The notes beneath the pieces are model-generated. The model was not told the DNA's origin and did not search any database. It saw only the letters and a program-made list of their open reading frames with translations. The translations under genes and the position numbers were made by a program. This document shows, in pieces, positions 1 to 13,089 of a DNA stretch of 64,000 bases. This stretch comes from Octopus vulgaris (lineage: Eukaryota), in the NCBI GenBank assembly GCA_951406725.2, contig OX597824.1, positions 38,192,001 to 38,256,000 of the forward strand. Reading direction: 5' to 3'. Every line of letters begins with the position of its first letter. The stretch's first letter is position 1.

Positions 1-83
1 CTTTCTCTTTTGAGCCAATCCCCTAATAAGAAAACGAAGATTTATGAATTACCATAAAGTTTTCTACAATAAATTTAAATATA

Positions 84-964
84 TTACTCGATGACAATAG
101 TTTCTGTTCTAGGCCGTTTTTTTGGTGGTGGGTCGACAGGAATTGAACTACTTCCGACAATACAATCACTATCTGAGCTTTTTCTCTCAGACAAATGGCG
201 TTTCTGCGGTATTTCATTAGCATCTGTATAGGTAAAAACTGTGCATGTAGTGTTGATACATTTTGGAGTTTCACTTGTGTGCAACATGCTCCTACCAGCA
301 GTAGCATCATTACTTTCAGGTGTATTTAATGAGCCACTATTGTAAAAGGGGAAACCAAACTGGTCTGAACATTGATATGGTGAGGAATGTTGATCTAGTA
401 ACTTTTGTTGCATTAAACACTGAGAAGAGGTTTGTTCATCTTCAACAATAGCTGGCTGCTGCTGTTGTAGTCTAATAGATTTAGTTGGTATGAAACCGGT
501 ACTGCTTTGTGATATATTAGATATCGTGGAAGTATTTGATGTGTTTCGAGAAGATGAGTCGGTATGAGGAAAGTTAATGTCTATAGGATGTTGATTAATG
601 GTAGGGGATATGGCTACTGCTGCCATGGTTGTTGATCCTGCCGATACTGAAGATGAAGATGGGGAAGATGCAGTGCTGTCATTTGAACTACTTCGGGCAT
701 CCATTGAGTTACGCTTCATTTGTCGCCGTTGAGCAAGAGGTGCATTAGCAACATCTTGTAATCGGAAACCTTCTCGAGCAGCACGATGGAATGCATCCAT
801 GGTTTGCACTAACTGCTGCTGCAAAGCATTGCTTGTGGAACTAAGAATTCCTGGTGTATGCAGTGGGGTTTGTGAGAAAACTCGGTCATTGTTTCCTTGA
901 ATCCATTTGTTCTGTAGGAGATTATGCATTGTTGATCTTTCTCGGGGGTCTACAGTCAGAAGGC
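84..964 (-). CDS. RPS6KA5: MSK terminal coding exon 16 (GLLTVDPEKR...APLAQRRQMKR...PPPKKRPRTETIVIE*)
   Basis: 881 nt from cag acceptor (965-967) to TAA; contains ORF 84..929, Thr700-equivalent (LHTPG) and the MAPK docking site. Confidence 0.95.
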
Positions 965-1044
965 CTGTGATAATTAGAAAGAGGTTCCAATGTTAGTAAA
1001 ATAGTCAACAGTAGAGATTCTAAATCAACAGAAGGAAAAGAAAA

Positions 1045-1472
1045 GGGAAATAAGAAGGCTTCTAACAATGCAGAAAGTTGGACAAAAACCTTTTATATTT
1101 CAGACACAAAGGTCCAGCCTCAGAAGGAAGCAGTCTGGGAAATGTGCAATACAGATTCCATTACCTTACTCAAACTTCTCAGCATTAGGTTAGCAACTCT
1201 CCGACTATTGGTATAAGTAAATCTCCAACTGTTGGTTGATGGAGATTTACATACACCAGTTGGAGTCACTGCTAACCCATCACATCAACAAACAGTTAGA
1301 GAGTGGCTGCCACTGTTGCTAACCTAACGCCGAGGAGTTTTAGTAAGGTAACGGATTCGGTGTAACTGCACATTTCCCAGATTACTTCCATCTGAGAATG
1401 GCCCCTTGCACCTTAAATATAAAGGTTTTTGTAAAACTTTCTGCATTGTTAGGTGCTTTCTTATTTTCCTTC
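1045..1472. mobile_element. Fold-back/MITE-like element in intron 15
   Basis: About 150-bp imperfect inverted arms (gaaataagaaggcttctaacaatgcagaaagtt... versus ...aactttctgcattgttaggtgctttcttatttt). Confidence 0.75.
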
Positions 1473-1682
1473 TTCAGTACTACAATGCTTCAAGCGAACT
1501 ACAGTGCTCTTATTTCTAAATTATTAATTTAAAGCCTTAGAAATGAGAAAATGAGTCACAAAAAACCTGAAATCTCTAAAGAGGAGAAACCGTAACTAAC
1601 ACACATTTGTATTCTGTTATAAAGACATGAAGTGAAGAAATACATTGAATGACTCTAAATTATAGCACATCAAACTCCTTAC

Positions 1683-1833
1683 CTCGGATTAGTTTTTTGG
1701 CATTGGCAGAAACAGCATGCCATTCTTGTCCAGAAAAGTCAAATTCTCCTTCCTTGATTCTTTTAATGATCCCTTCAGGTGTTTCTGACTTATTTCTTGT
1801 TTGGAATGGAGCTTTCCCTGATAACATGGTGTA
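1683..1833 (-). CDS. RPS6KA5: MSK exon 15 (YTMLSGKAPFQ...EWHAVSANAKKLIR)
   Basis: 151 nt, cag/gtaag, ends in phase 1. Confidence 0.96.
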
Positions 1834-2007
1834 CTGTAAATTAGATGCAACTATGTTATTTGCTTTATATATGACATTTTAAAAACCTGTATACAGCCAT
1901 TATGAAGTTTACAAACTTGTTAATGTAGCAACAGGTTAACTCAGAAACACAACTGGAACAAAGTAAATTGTTTCAGTTAATAAATAGTCTTATCAATTGA
2001 TATAAGC

Positions 2008-2438
2008 ATGGCATCCTTGCTAGTGGAGCGCTAAGAGCACCATCCGAGCGTGATCGGTGCCAGAGCGTCTAACTGGCTTCTGTTCCGGTGGCATGTAAAA
2101 AACACCATTCGAGCATGATTGTTACCAGCATTGCCTTACTCACACTTGTGCCAGTGGCACGTGAAAAAAAGCACTTGAGTGAGGTCGTTGCCAGTGCCGC
2201 TGGACTGGCTCCTGTGCAGGTGGCACGTATAAAAACACCATTTGAGCATGGCTGTTACCAGTACTGCCTGACTGGTCCTCGTGCCGTTGGCACGTAAAAG
2301 CACCCACTACACTCTCGGAGTGGTTGGCATCCAGATTAAGATTGGAGCCTGGTGTAGCCATCTGGTTCGCCAGTCCTCAGTCAAATCGTCCAACACATGC
2401 TAGCATGGAAAGCGGATGTTAAATGATGATGATGATGA
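2008..2438 (+). mobile_element. RTE-LINE-derived 3' tail element
   Basis: Recurrent tail cactacactctcggagtggttggc...catgctagcatggaaagcggatgttaaa(tga)n, which elsewhere follows RTE ORF ends. Confidence 0.7.
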
Positions 2439-2550
2439 TAATAGACCATTAACAATAAAACAATAATTACATGTAAAAGCTATAACAGGCTGCTGCACTA
2501 GAAGTTTTAAAAGTTTATAACATGCTTGTAAAGAAATTCATAAAAGCTTA

Positions 2551-2775
<225 letters not shown>

Positions 2776-3134
2776 CTAAAACAAATAATAATGAATATAT
2801 ATGATGATTCAATCAACTGTGAGTTTCTTGCTATGTACAATCATTTAAGCAACATAAAGATGGAAATAGACGAAAACAGCAAAGACAATCAGTTAATAGG
2901 TTGCAATATGCCATATCAGTAGCTGTTGGTACTAGAGGATAATTTTACAATTTAACAGGGTAGAAAATTCTTAGTAATCTTTCGGTGTTACCATAAATAT
3001 TACAAGCCCTTTAAAACAAATGATAGCTGCCTGGATAGCATGGCTCCCAAGATCTCGCGTTACAACAGGCAGCTTGCAACATATGTATATATCAAGCGCT
3101 AGCAACATATGTATACATTAAAGCTCTGTGCTGG

Positions 3135-3633
3135 ATGTGCAGTGCCAGTGTAGATGTGCAGCAACAGAGCACCAGTGTATTGAGAGAAAAGTTGGGAATG
3201 AGAGGAATTAGATGCAGTGTGCAAGAGAGAAGACTGCACTGGTTTGGCCATGTGATGTGTATGGATGTAGATGGTTGCATACAGATGTATGCAACTTGTA
3301 GAAGAGGGAGAGTCAGGAAGACATGGGACAATGTACTGAAGGCTGATCTCAAGACACTGAGCCTTAAGAAGAAGATGATTAAGGACTGAGATAGCTGGTG
3401 CCTTGCTGTACTCAAGGACCATCTTCCACAGCAGAATTGATACTGATGCTGGTGCCACATAAAAAGCATCCAGTACATTCTGTGGAGTGGTTGGCATTAG
3501 GGAGAGCATCTAGCTGCAGAAAGCATGTCAGAACTGACGATGGAGTGTGGTGCACCCACTGACCTTATCAATTCCTGTCAAACTGTCCTACCCATACCAG
3601 CATCAAAAACAGACGTTATGATGATGATGATGA
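3135..3633 (+). mobile_element. 5'-truncated RTE LINE remnant
   Basis: ORF 3135..3389 has RRLHWFGHV and RGRVRKTW (RTE C-terminal motifs), followed by the family 3' tail and (GAT)n. Confidence 0.8.
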
Positions 3634-3739
3634 TAAGACACTCAAAATGTAAAATTGCAAGATCACACAAATGTATAATCACACATCATTCCTGCAAGTA
3701 ACAGTATGCAATTACTGAAGTCAACAAGTTGTGTGTAAT

Positions 3740-4062
3740 ATGGTGTGTGGGTTAGTGATTAGGGTATTTGGCTCACAATCGCAAGGTCATGAGTTCAATT
3801 CCCAGCCATGTGTTATGTCCTTGAGCAAGACACTTTATTTCATGTTGCTCCAGTTCACTCAGATGGTAAAAATGAGTTGTACCTGTATTTCAAAGGGCCA
3901 GCCTTGTCACAATCTGTGACACACTGAATCTCCTTGAGAACTATATTATAAAGGCACATGTGTCTGTGGAATTCTCGCCACATGCACATTAATTTCACGA
4001 GCAGGCTGTTACATTGATCGGATCAACTGGAACCCTAGTCATGGAACCGACGGAGTGCCATC
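3740..4062 (+). mobile_element. tRNA-derived SINE (family C-like)
   Basis: Degenerate A/B-box head (gggttagtgattaggg...gagttcaattccc), then tgtccttgagcaagacacttta as in the 13251 copy. Confidence 0.65.
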
Positions 4063-4895
4063 TCTATAAGTGCAAAATACTTATATAAAAACATGTGGAA
4101 TTGATGTGCTGTCACATCAAAATAATTGTATGTTATGCAGTAAATAAGACTGAAATTGATGCCTAAAACTTGGCCTGGTAATTCAATTAAAATTGTGGAA
4201 AAGTAGTAGGGTTGGCTATATCGGGGTTTGATTTTAAGTTATGTGGAAGCTGATTATAGCATACTAGTTGTCTGTTCAGTTTGCTTTATGGGGGACTGGG
4301 GATTTGGAAGGAAAATACCAATCAAACAACATAGTATCTATATAAGCATAAGCTATAACCAGGTCATCAAAGTCCATATAAGACAAGCAAAAGCAAAAAC
4401 TCTCATTGTGTGAAATAGTTGTATACATTAAACATTCAATGGCAAAGATCTTGAAATCATAAAACTTCCAAAGAATGTTTGCAATAGTTTAATAGTTCGT
4501 ATTAAAATGATTTGTGGTTCAACCCAACATTTACTATGAATGTATAAACTAATGAAACTAAAAAAATTGTGTACATCGAGTTTTTATTCAGTCTGGTTGG
4601 CTATTTGCAATACCAGTGAATATAGTGTTCACTGTTTCTCATATACTGAAGGGGACAAATTCTGTCTAAGCATGAAGCTGTGAGCATATGCCATAGACAA
4701 GACTATGAAGGTTGAAAAGCATCTGTTTATTTTAGTGTGACCTCTCCTGGTTTGGAAAAAATCAGTAATCTGGAATGACTTTGGAATGTTGTACTTGTGT
4801 ATATATAAGTGTATGTATCTCTACTGATGTACAAACAAACGCAAATACCTATGTACAATCATAGCCATAATTCAGGAACAATGATTATATATATA

Positions 4896-5276
4896 GGCGC
4901 AGGTGTGGCTGTGTGGTAAGAAGCTTGCTTCCCAACCACATAATTCTGGATTCAGACCCACTGCGTGGCACCTTGGGCAAGTGTCTTCTACTATAGCCTC
5001 AGGTCGAGCAAAGCCTTGTGAGTGGATTTAGTAGATGGAAACTGAAAGAAGCCTGTCATGTGTATGTGTGTTTGTGTCTATGTTTGTTCACCCTGCCTCA
5101 CTTGACAACCAGTGTTGGTGTGTTTACATCCCCATAACTTAGCAGTTCAGCAAAAGGGGTTGACAGAATAAGTACCAGGTTTACAAAGGATAAGTCCTGG
5201 GGTCAATTTCTTGGACTGAAAGGTGGTGCTCCAGCATGGCCGCAGTCATATGACTGAAACAAGTAAAAGAATAAAA
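4896..5276 (+). mobile_element. tRNA-derived SINE family A
   Basis: Head ggcgcaggtgtggctgtgtggtaag, internal TG/TA microsatellite and tail tgactgaaacaagtaaaaga; many copies in the window. Confidence 0.85.
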
Positions 5277-5284
5277 GTATATTA

Positions 5285-5760
5285 TCATGTTGGAAAACTC
5301 TGAAGGATTTCATGGCATGCATGGAGGTTATGGCTTTGGTTCTAGAAATGAGGAGGGAACAAGGCTGCTAAAATTTTTGTGATGCAAATGACTTGCTGGT
5401 TTGCAATACCAACTTCAGGAAACCTGCCAGATGCTCAGAAATGCAAAGTCATTCCCAGTACAACTCAACATAGGTTAGTAGTTAGCGACTTCTGACTTAT
5501 GGATAGAAGGACCCAGAGACACAAACTAATACGGAAAAGGAGGTTATGGAAGCTCAAGGATCCTTCAAACGGCCAGAGATTTAGTGATGTTCTTAATGAA
5601 GTATTTGATGAGAAGGAGAAAGAGACAGACACATATGACATAAGAGGACAATTGAAAGTTCTTACAGATAATCTATGAGTGGGGACAGAGCAAATCGGTG
5701 GTTGGAGCAAAGCTTCTGCCAGAACAAAGTGCATGATATCCTAAAACCACCTTGGTAATG
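5285..5760 (+). mobile_element. RTE LINE endonuclease-region fragment
   Basis: Translates to HGGYGFGSRNEEGTRLLKFCDANDLLVCNTNF and QHRLVVSDF; otherwise disrupted. Confidence 0.7.
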
Positions 5761-7103
5761 CTTGTCCATGAGGGACTCTGCCCCATCACCCTTCCTTCCA
5801 CCCCACATCTTTATCACCTGAGAGCAGAATAGGCACCTACTACATTCCCCAGCTTCTTCAGCTACATCTCTTCCCCACCTCAACCACTTCCATTTCCCAT
5901 TATCTTCCCCCACATGCTGTCTTCACCAATCACCTGCTTTCTGGACCTTCTCCTCTTTGTGCTATTCTCCATCATAAATACTTTGCTTATCTGTTATGAC
6001 CCTCAATGCCCTCACATACTTACTGAAATCCTTGCCCCAAGCTTCTCATAGGTTTCTCTCCACCATTTGTTACAGTCACCTCTATCCAGCCCACTCACCC
6101 AGCCCAAACCTCCATATCATTTCACCTATTCTCACCCCAACCAAAGTCTCTTGATGGCACGTCCCAACTCATCTTCACTATCATCTCTCTCACTATTACT
6201 CTCCTTTCCTTTCCAACTGGGGTATCCATGTATCTACAGCAAGATACCTACCTCTGTCCCTCTATACTGGCACACCCCACCCTCAATACTACAGCTCTCT
6301 TCTAGTTGAGGACTTTTTGCCTATTTTTGTCTTGCAAGATACTTTGTAACCTTGTCAGTAATGGGGCCATGTAAAATGCACCTGTAGACCTTGTAAAGTG
6401 GTTGGTGCTAGGAAGGGTATCCAACTGTAGAAACCATGCCAAAACAGACAATAAAGCCTGACATAACTCCTGGTCTTGCTAGCTCTTATCAAGCTGTCTG
6501 ACCCATACCAGCTTGGAAAACAGACATTAAATGATGATGATGATAAATACAAGTTTTAACCTTTTGTTCTTTATGTACGTTTTAACATTGTGGTTGTTTC
6601 GAACCTCTGTATTGGATGTTGCAAGTGCAATTGGATTGTTAGCCACAACAAATAATCAGGGCAACACATTACTGCACTATGTTAAGGAGATTACATCTGA
6701 TTTCCCCTGAACTACATGGTTCTGGGTTCAGTCCCACTACGTGACACCTTGCGTAAGTGTCTTCTACTATAGCCTTGAGATGACTGGATCTGGTAGGCAG
6801 AAACTGAGAGAAGCTGGTCACATATAGCTGTGTGTGTGTGTGTGTGTGTGTGTCTCGCCATTGCTTGACAACCAGTGTTGCTGTGTTTATGTCCCTATAA
6901 ATTTAGCAGTTTGGCAAAAGAAACCAATAGAATAAGTACCAAGCTTAAAAAAATATAAGTACTGGAGTCGTTTCATTCGAGTGAAATTCTTCAAGGTAGT
7001 GCCCCAGTATGGCCGCAGTCTAATGACTGAAATAAGTAAAAGAAAAGATATAAATTATTTGTGATGAAATTCTCCACAAATCAGATTCAGTTATGTCCCC
7101 TTA

Positions 7104-7394
<291 letters not shown>

Positions 7395-7469
7395 CTATGG
7401 ATTAGCAAAGAATTTATATACACAATTATGTCTATCAGTCTCTCTTTCTCTCATTTATATATATATATA

Positions 7470-7830
7470 TAGTGAGAATTTACAAAAAACAAAAGACAAA
7501 GACGGGTGTGTAAACAACAAACAGATGTATTAGTTTAACACTCGGGAAGTGAGAAAGTTTTTTACGTTTCAAGACTACACTTTTTGACAGAAAGGAACAC
7601 AGAAATAAACGGGGAGAGACCAACACTTCACAAACTCTATAACCAAGTGAAAAATCTTAAGACTACTAAATCATATTCACAGATTAGCCATGATGAAGCA
7701 GACCTGAACTGGAGATAGGCCAAAATAGCTATTACAACATTTAAGAATTAACTCTCCGTACAACAAGTGTAAGAGTGCTATTCAGGTCAACCTCACAAAC
7801 ATACAAGTAATCTCTGTATAAACTATCCAC
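7470..7830 (-). mobile_element. Penelope-like element remnant with hammerhead-like relic
   Basis: Inserted next to (TA)n; minus strand reads TTT-CTGTCAA...GAAACGTA-AAA. Confidence 0.45.
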
Positions 7831-8281
7831 ATATAAATGTGCCTATCATTGTTTAACGTCTGCTTTCCATGCTAGCATGGGTTGGACGATTTGACTGAGG
7901 ACCGGTGAACCAGATGGCTGCACCAGGCTCCAATCTTGATCTGGCAGAGTTTCTACAGCTGGATGCCCTTCCTAACGCCATCCACTCCAAGAGTGTAGTG
8001 GGTGCTTTTACGTGCCACCAGCACGAGGGCCAGTCAGGCAGTAATGGCAACGGCCACACTCAAATAGTGTTTTTTACATGCCTCCTGCACACATATGTAC
8101 AGAAAAGTAAACATTAAAACAATGGTCATAATGACATCAACAACAGCGATACACCAGACATGTAAGTAATTTTGGAAAATTAACATGACAGAATCTTAAT
8201 GCAGACAGCATATGCACTGACTGCACAGACGTTACTATTAAGGAATCAGTAATAATCTTAAAGCACAGAAACACACAACAA

Positions 8282-8962
8282 ATGGTGAATTGTAAGGGTG
8301 TCTTGGCATCACTCACCAAGTCCTTTGTGAGCCGCTCTCCGGCTATCTATCTGTGGCTTTATATAGCTATGGTAAGACCTCACCTGGAATTTGCATCACC
8401 GGTCTGGAACCCCTATCTTGCCCAGGATATTAATCGTCTGGAAGCCGTTGAGCGATGTGCAACCAAGAGAATACCCTCCATCAGGCATTTGCCATATTCT
8501 GAATGCCTTACTTCCCTGGGCATGGATACATTGAAACTCCGACGTCTGGCAGCTGACTTGGCAGACACCCATAAAATTATTAACCATCTTACAAACAATA
8601 ACTCTGAGCACCTTTTCAAACTCCATCTGTCAAACACCCATGGACATGTTTACAAAGTCAGAAAACAGCACAGCTCCCATAACTTTCGGAAACATTTTTT
8701 CACACTAAGAGTTGCTGAAGCATGGAACAAACTGCCAGCATCAGTTGTTAGTTGAAGCACTGCATCCTTCAAGACTTCCATGCTTCCTGAGATTCACCAA
8801 CACTACACCTGATTTTCTCCCCTCCATACACACGCAAGCATGTACCTGACTCATACACTGTTCACTTTCTCGGCATTTTTACATTACTGCATATGCTTTA
8901 TACGCACTTTTGACAAGTTGTGATGCACCTGAGCACTGTATACAATAATTTCATTATTATTA
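8282..8962 (+). mobile_element. CR1/L2-clade LINE 3' end
   Basis: ORF VRPHLEFASPVWNPY...INRLEAVERCATKRI...RKHFFTLRVAEAWNKLP, with 3' tail aataatttc(att)n ending about 30 nt from the exon 12 donor. Confidence 0.88.
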
Positions 8963-8992
8963 TAAGAAATATATAAGAGAAAACATGCTTAC

Positions 8993-9137
8993 TTCATCAT
9001 GAAAGACATCAATGAGTTTCACTATGTTAGGATGGTTCTGACACAGCTGAAGCATCTTCACTTCTGATGTATGGTCCACTCGCCGGGAAATGATTTTCAC
9101 AGCATATTTAGTTTTTGTAACTTTATGTTCACACCGT
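8993..9137 (-). CDS. RPS6KA5: MSK exon 12 (RCEHK...YAVKIISRR...HPNIVKLIDVFHDE)
   Basis: 145 nt, aag acceptor and gtaag donor; inside ORF 8960..9292. Confidence 0.94.
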
Positions 9138-9254
9138 CTTGAAGAGATTAAAAGAAAAACATTAATGTTACCATAGAATTTCCTTATCATTGGTGAGGTG
9201 TTTAATTTTGTTTCCAAACATTCACAGTTCAAATCAGCCAGAAAATAACTTTGC

Positions 9255-9463
9255 CTTTTATCTTTGAACCTTGTAACTCTCACATTATTCACATTGCTTT
9301 GAATTAATCATGCGTTATCTTGAGCTTTGAGATTTCAATGATGTGATTGTATATTTTTACACTGGCATTGTTAGGCAGGTGTGACAGGCTGGATCTGGTC
9401 AGTTTGAACATAAAACAGGTAGAAAATTTGGGGCTGGATATGGCTGGTTTAAATGCTAAAGGA
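9255..9463 (-). mobile_element. piggyBac-type MITE (degenerate copy)
   Basis: Reverse complement of the family at 20198/27073 (ends gtttaaatgctaaagga). Confidence 0.7.
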
Positions 9464-9934
9464 TTATATGATGATAGGGCTAGTATCAGTTACATGTGGG
9501 AGCTAATCTCATTGGATATGTCCCTGGCTGCCAACAGATTTATTCAGAGTATAATTGTGGGTAGTTAAATGGTTAAAGAAAGGACTGGATAACTGACCTA
9601 ACAAGGTTTGTGAACCAAGGTTCTTCTTACCCACTTTTAACAATATGGTAAGGTTTTATTAAAAACCGTTTCTTACAAATACATCAGTTCTCTAGTTTAG
9701 AGCTTAATTGATAGTGAGTAATTAGATATGACGCTGAAATAGTCATCATTGTCTCTATTTTTCAAATAAGAGATTGTTTGCTCAAAGATTCTATTCGGTC
9801 ACTATGGGAAGAAAGGCAAGAGAAAGAGAGAGAGAAGTTAAGGGTAAAGTGAGAGACTAACAAAACGTTCTGCAGATACTTCTTTTGTAAAATTACCAAA
9901 GATCTCCTTCATCTCACACAGGTATGTGTTTTAT

Positions 9935-10742
9935 TCACATACCTGAAAAGTTGCTAGAAAAATAATGAGCTGGGAAAAGTTCACAGAGCTTGTACCTTCA
10001 TGAATAACTAAGGGCCTCTCCTTCAGAGTAAAAGGCAGATTGTATGATGTCTATGTACATACATCTATGCCACATGGTAGTGAAACGTAGGCCTTGTCTA
10101 CAGAGGACTTGGGAAGGCTTGAAGGAAATGAAGTTAGCATGCTTTGCTGGATGAGTAATATCAGTGTGCACACACGACAGAGTGTAAATAATTTAAGAGG
10201 AAAACTGGGTATAAGAGGCATCAGATGTTGCGTGCAAGAGAGAAGACTGTGCTGGCTTGATCATATGATAGATATGGATGAGAACAGCTGCATAAAGAAG
10301 GACCAAGTTCTAATTGTGGAGGGAACTTGTGCAAGGGGTAGACTCAGGATGATGTGGGATGAAGTGGTGAGAAAGGATCTTTGGATGCTGGGCCTCACTG
10401 AAGAAAGACAAGGAACCGGGAGTCATGGTGATTTGCTGTACTTGAGAAGACACATGAAGCTAAGTAAAATCACTATCATCCATACATACAGGCTTGTTCT
10501 TTACAGGTGTTGGTACCACATGAAATGCATTTTTGCCGGAAATGCATGAATGCACTGATGCTGGTGGCAAGTAAAAAGCACCCAGCACACTCTGTAGTGG
10601 TTGGCATTAGGAAGGACATCAAGCTGTAGAAACCATGCCATAACAGACAAAAGCCTAGACTGCTCCCCAGCTTGCCAGCTCCTGTCAAACCGTCTAACCC
10701 AAGCCAGCATAGGCAATAGACATTAAACGATGATGATGATGA
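9935..10742 (+). mobile_element. RTE LINE 3' remnant
   Basis: RRLCWLDHM...RGRLRMMW motifs plus the family tail and (GAT)n. Confidence 0.8.
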
Positions 10743-10815
10743 AAACCTTCCTTTCCCTTCTATTCTCTTCCTTTAATATTGCCCCTCTCTTTCTCTTATT
10801 AGGTTCCCACCTATC

Positions 10816-11093
10816 CCCATTTACCTACCCCTCACACTCTTCCATTATACTTTTACCACCCTTTTACCATATTCTGTTCCTTTCTTCTTACATTATATCC
10901 CTCTTACATTATATCCCATTTACCTACCCCTCACACTCTTCCATTATACTTTTACCACCCTTTTACCATATTCTGTTCCTTTCTTCTTACATTATATCCC
11001 TCTTACATTATATCCCATTTACCTACCCCTCACACTCTTCCATTATACTTTTACCACCCTTTTACCATATTCTGTTCCTTTCTTCTTACATTA
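10816..11093. repeat. 99-bp tandem repeat, about 2.8 identical copies
   Basis: Units start at 10816, 10915 and 11014; seen as a 33-aa repeat in ORF 10730..11104. Confidence 0.95.
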
Positions 11094-11985
11094 GAACGTT
11101 ATAGGAAAAGATACAGTGGAATGGTTTAACCACTGGTTTTTGTATCTAGGCAGGAGACTTTAGAATGTTTCCAGGTGAGATTAACAGAGGCATATAAAAG
11201 GTGTTATCACCCAGAAATAGCAAAAGACATGAAGAAAACATGAGCTGATAGGCAAATATCCATTCAGCAACCTTATTTTAAATCTATAATAAATACAAAT
11301 CTTTATCAATTTATCCTTTCTGTTTCTCTATACCGTTTCTCTTTCATATTCTCCTTGCACTCTGAGGATACATCCTCTCTCTCTCTCTCTCCCCAGCTGG
11401 GGAAGCCATGTATTCACCTTTTGTGCAAAACACCTGATCCTGTTCCTCTGTCATATTTTCATAACTTTCAATACCATACCCAACTAAATTGAGTGTGTGT
11501 GGGGGGAGGTCTTGTCTTGCAAGTACTTGGTGACCTCACTAATGCTGGTGCCAAGAAAAAGGAACACCCAGTACACTCTGTAAAGTGGATGGCATTAGGA
11601 AAAGCATCCAGATGTAGAAACCATACCAGAGAAGACAATGGAGTTCAACACAGCCTTCTGGTTCACTGATCTCTGTCAGACCATCCAATCCATGCCAGCA
11701 TAGGCAAAAGGACATAAAACAATATTTATAAAAATATATATATCAAGACAGTGGCCTGGCAGAGTTGTTATTGTATCAGATAAAATATCTTGCAGTATTT
11801 GTTCTGGTTCTCTGTGATGTAAGTTAAAATGTCAGGCATGGAAGTCATTGTTGCCTTTTGGAATCATTAAATGAGTATCGATCCACTCATTAAAAATAAT
11901 TAATCTAAGCAAACGGAACACTTTGTGATGTAACCAGAACACCCAGATACAGTTGATTCAACCCACCCAATAAATAACATATATT

Positions 11986-12207
11986 TGTTTCTTTATTACC
12001 CACAAGGGGCTAAACATAGAGGGGACAAACAAGGACAGACAAACGGATTAAGTCGATCCCAGTGCGTAACAGGTACTTAATTTATCGACCCTGAAAGGAT
12101 GAAAGGCAAAGTCGACTTCGGCGGAATTTGAACTCAGAATGTAGCAGCAGACGAAATACCGCTAAGCATTTCGCCTGGCATGCTAACGATTCTGCCAGCT
12201 CGCCGCC
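11986..12207 (-). mobile_element. tRNA-derived SINE family B with about 17-bp TSD
   Basis: Minus-strand head ggcggcgagctggcagaatcg and central gactttgcctttcatcctttc..gtcgataaattaagtacc. Flanked by aataaataacatatatt (11969-11985 and 12208-12224). Confidence 0.88.
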
Positions 12208-13089
12208 AATAAATAACATATATTATGTCAGTAATATCATTGCTTAACCTATGTTAACATGCAACAACACATCTGAACACAAACAAAGTATACGACTCTA
12301 ATTAACTAGCTAAGCAATCAGAGTGGAGTTATTTCCCTTACGCTACGGTTGAAATAAATATAAGGTCAATCAAGTAATTTTGATCAACAAAATCTGAGAA
12401 CAGAACAGTTGTTCTCATTAGAGGCATAGACGTAACTTTGTAAAGAAGCTTTGCTTCTCAACGATGTAGTCAATATATCATTATCACCATCATCATCATC
12501 ATCGTTTAAAGTCCGTGTTCTTTGCTGGCATGGGTTGGACAATTTGATAGGATCTGAAGTGTCCAAGGACTGCATCATGTTCCAATGTCTTTTTTTGGAA
12601 TAGTTCCTATGATTGAATGTCCTTCCTAATGCTAATATTTTACAGCACAGATTGGGTGCCTTTCATGCTACCTTCACTATTGAGGTTGCCATGCAATTTA
12701 CACAACTACAAACTACAGCCCAATGACTGAATCAAGAAAAACAATGCAAGTTTCTGTTATTGATAACAGAAACAATAAGGTATTCAAATGGAGAAAATAT
12801 TACACTATCAGCTCATATGAAAAGAGTTCACCAGTAGATGTTTCATGGCTCCTTCTCACCTTTCTCTGGGAACACACAGTCATGCTTTATGTTAACACTG
12901 AAAAGGCTAAAGGTGAAACCATTTCAGGGGTTTATTTTCAATATCCTACAGATGCTGCTTCATCTACAGAATCATTGAAAATTCCCTTTCCTTCTATGAC
13001 ACATATAAATGAGATAAAACAGAAGAGTGTTGAGGGGCAAACAAATGAGAAAATATACATAAGCAAGAAAGGCAGTATCAATTCCAAGA

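Noticed and set aside
23-310. 95-aa ORF overlapping the MSK last exon in another frame
   Set aside because: No recognisable motif; an alternative frame of a real exon.
10730-11104. Hydrophobic 124-aa repeat protein ORF
   Set aside because: Translation of a 99-bp tandem repeat that starts in a (GAT)n tail.
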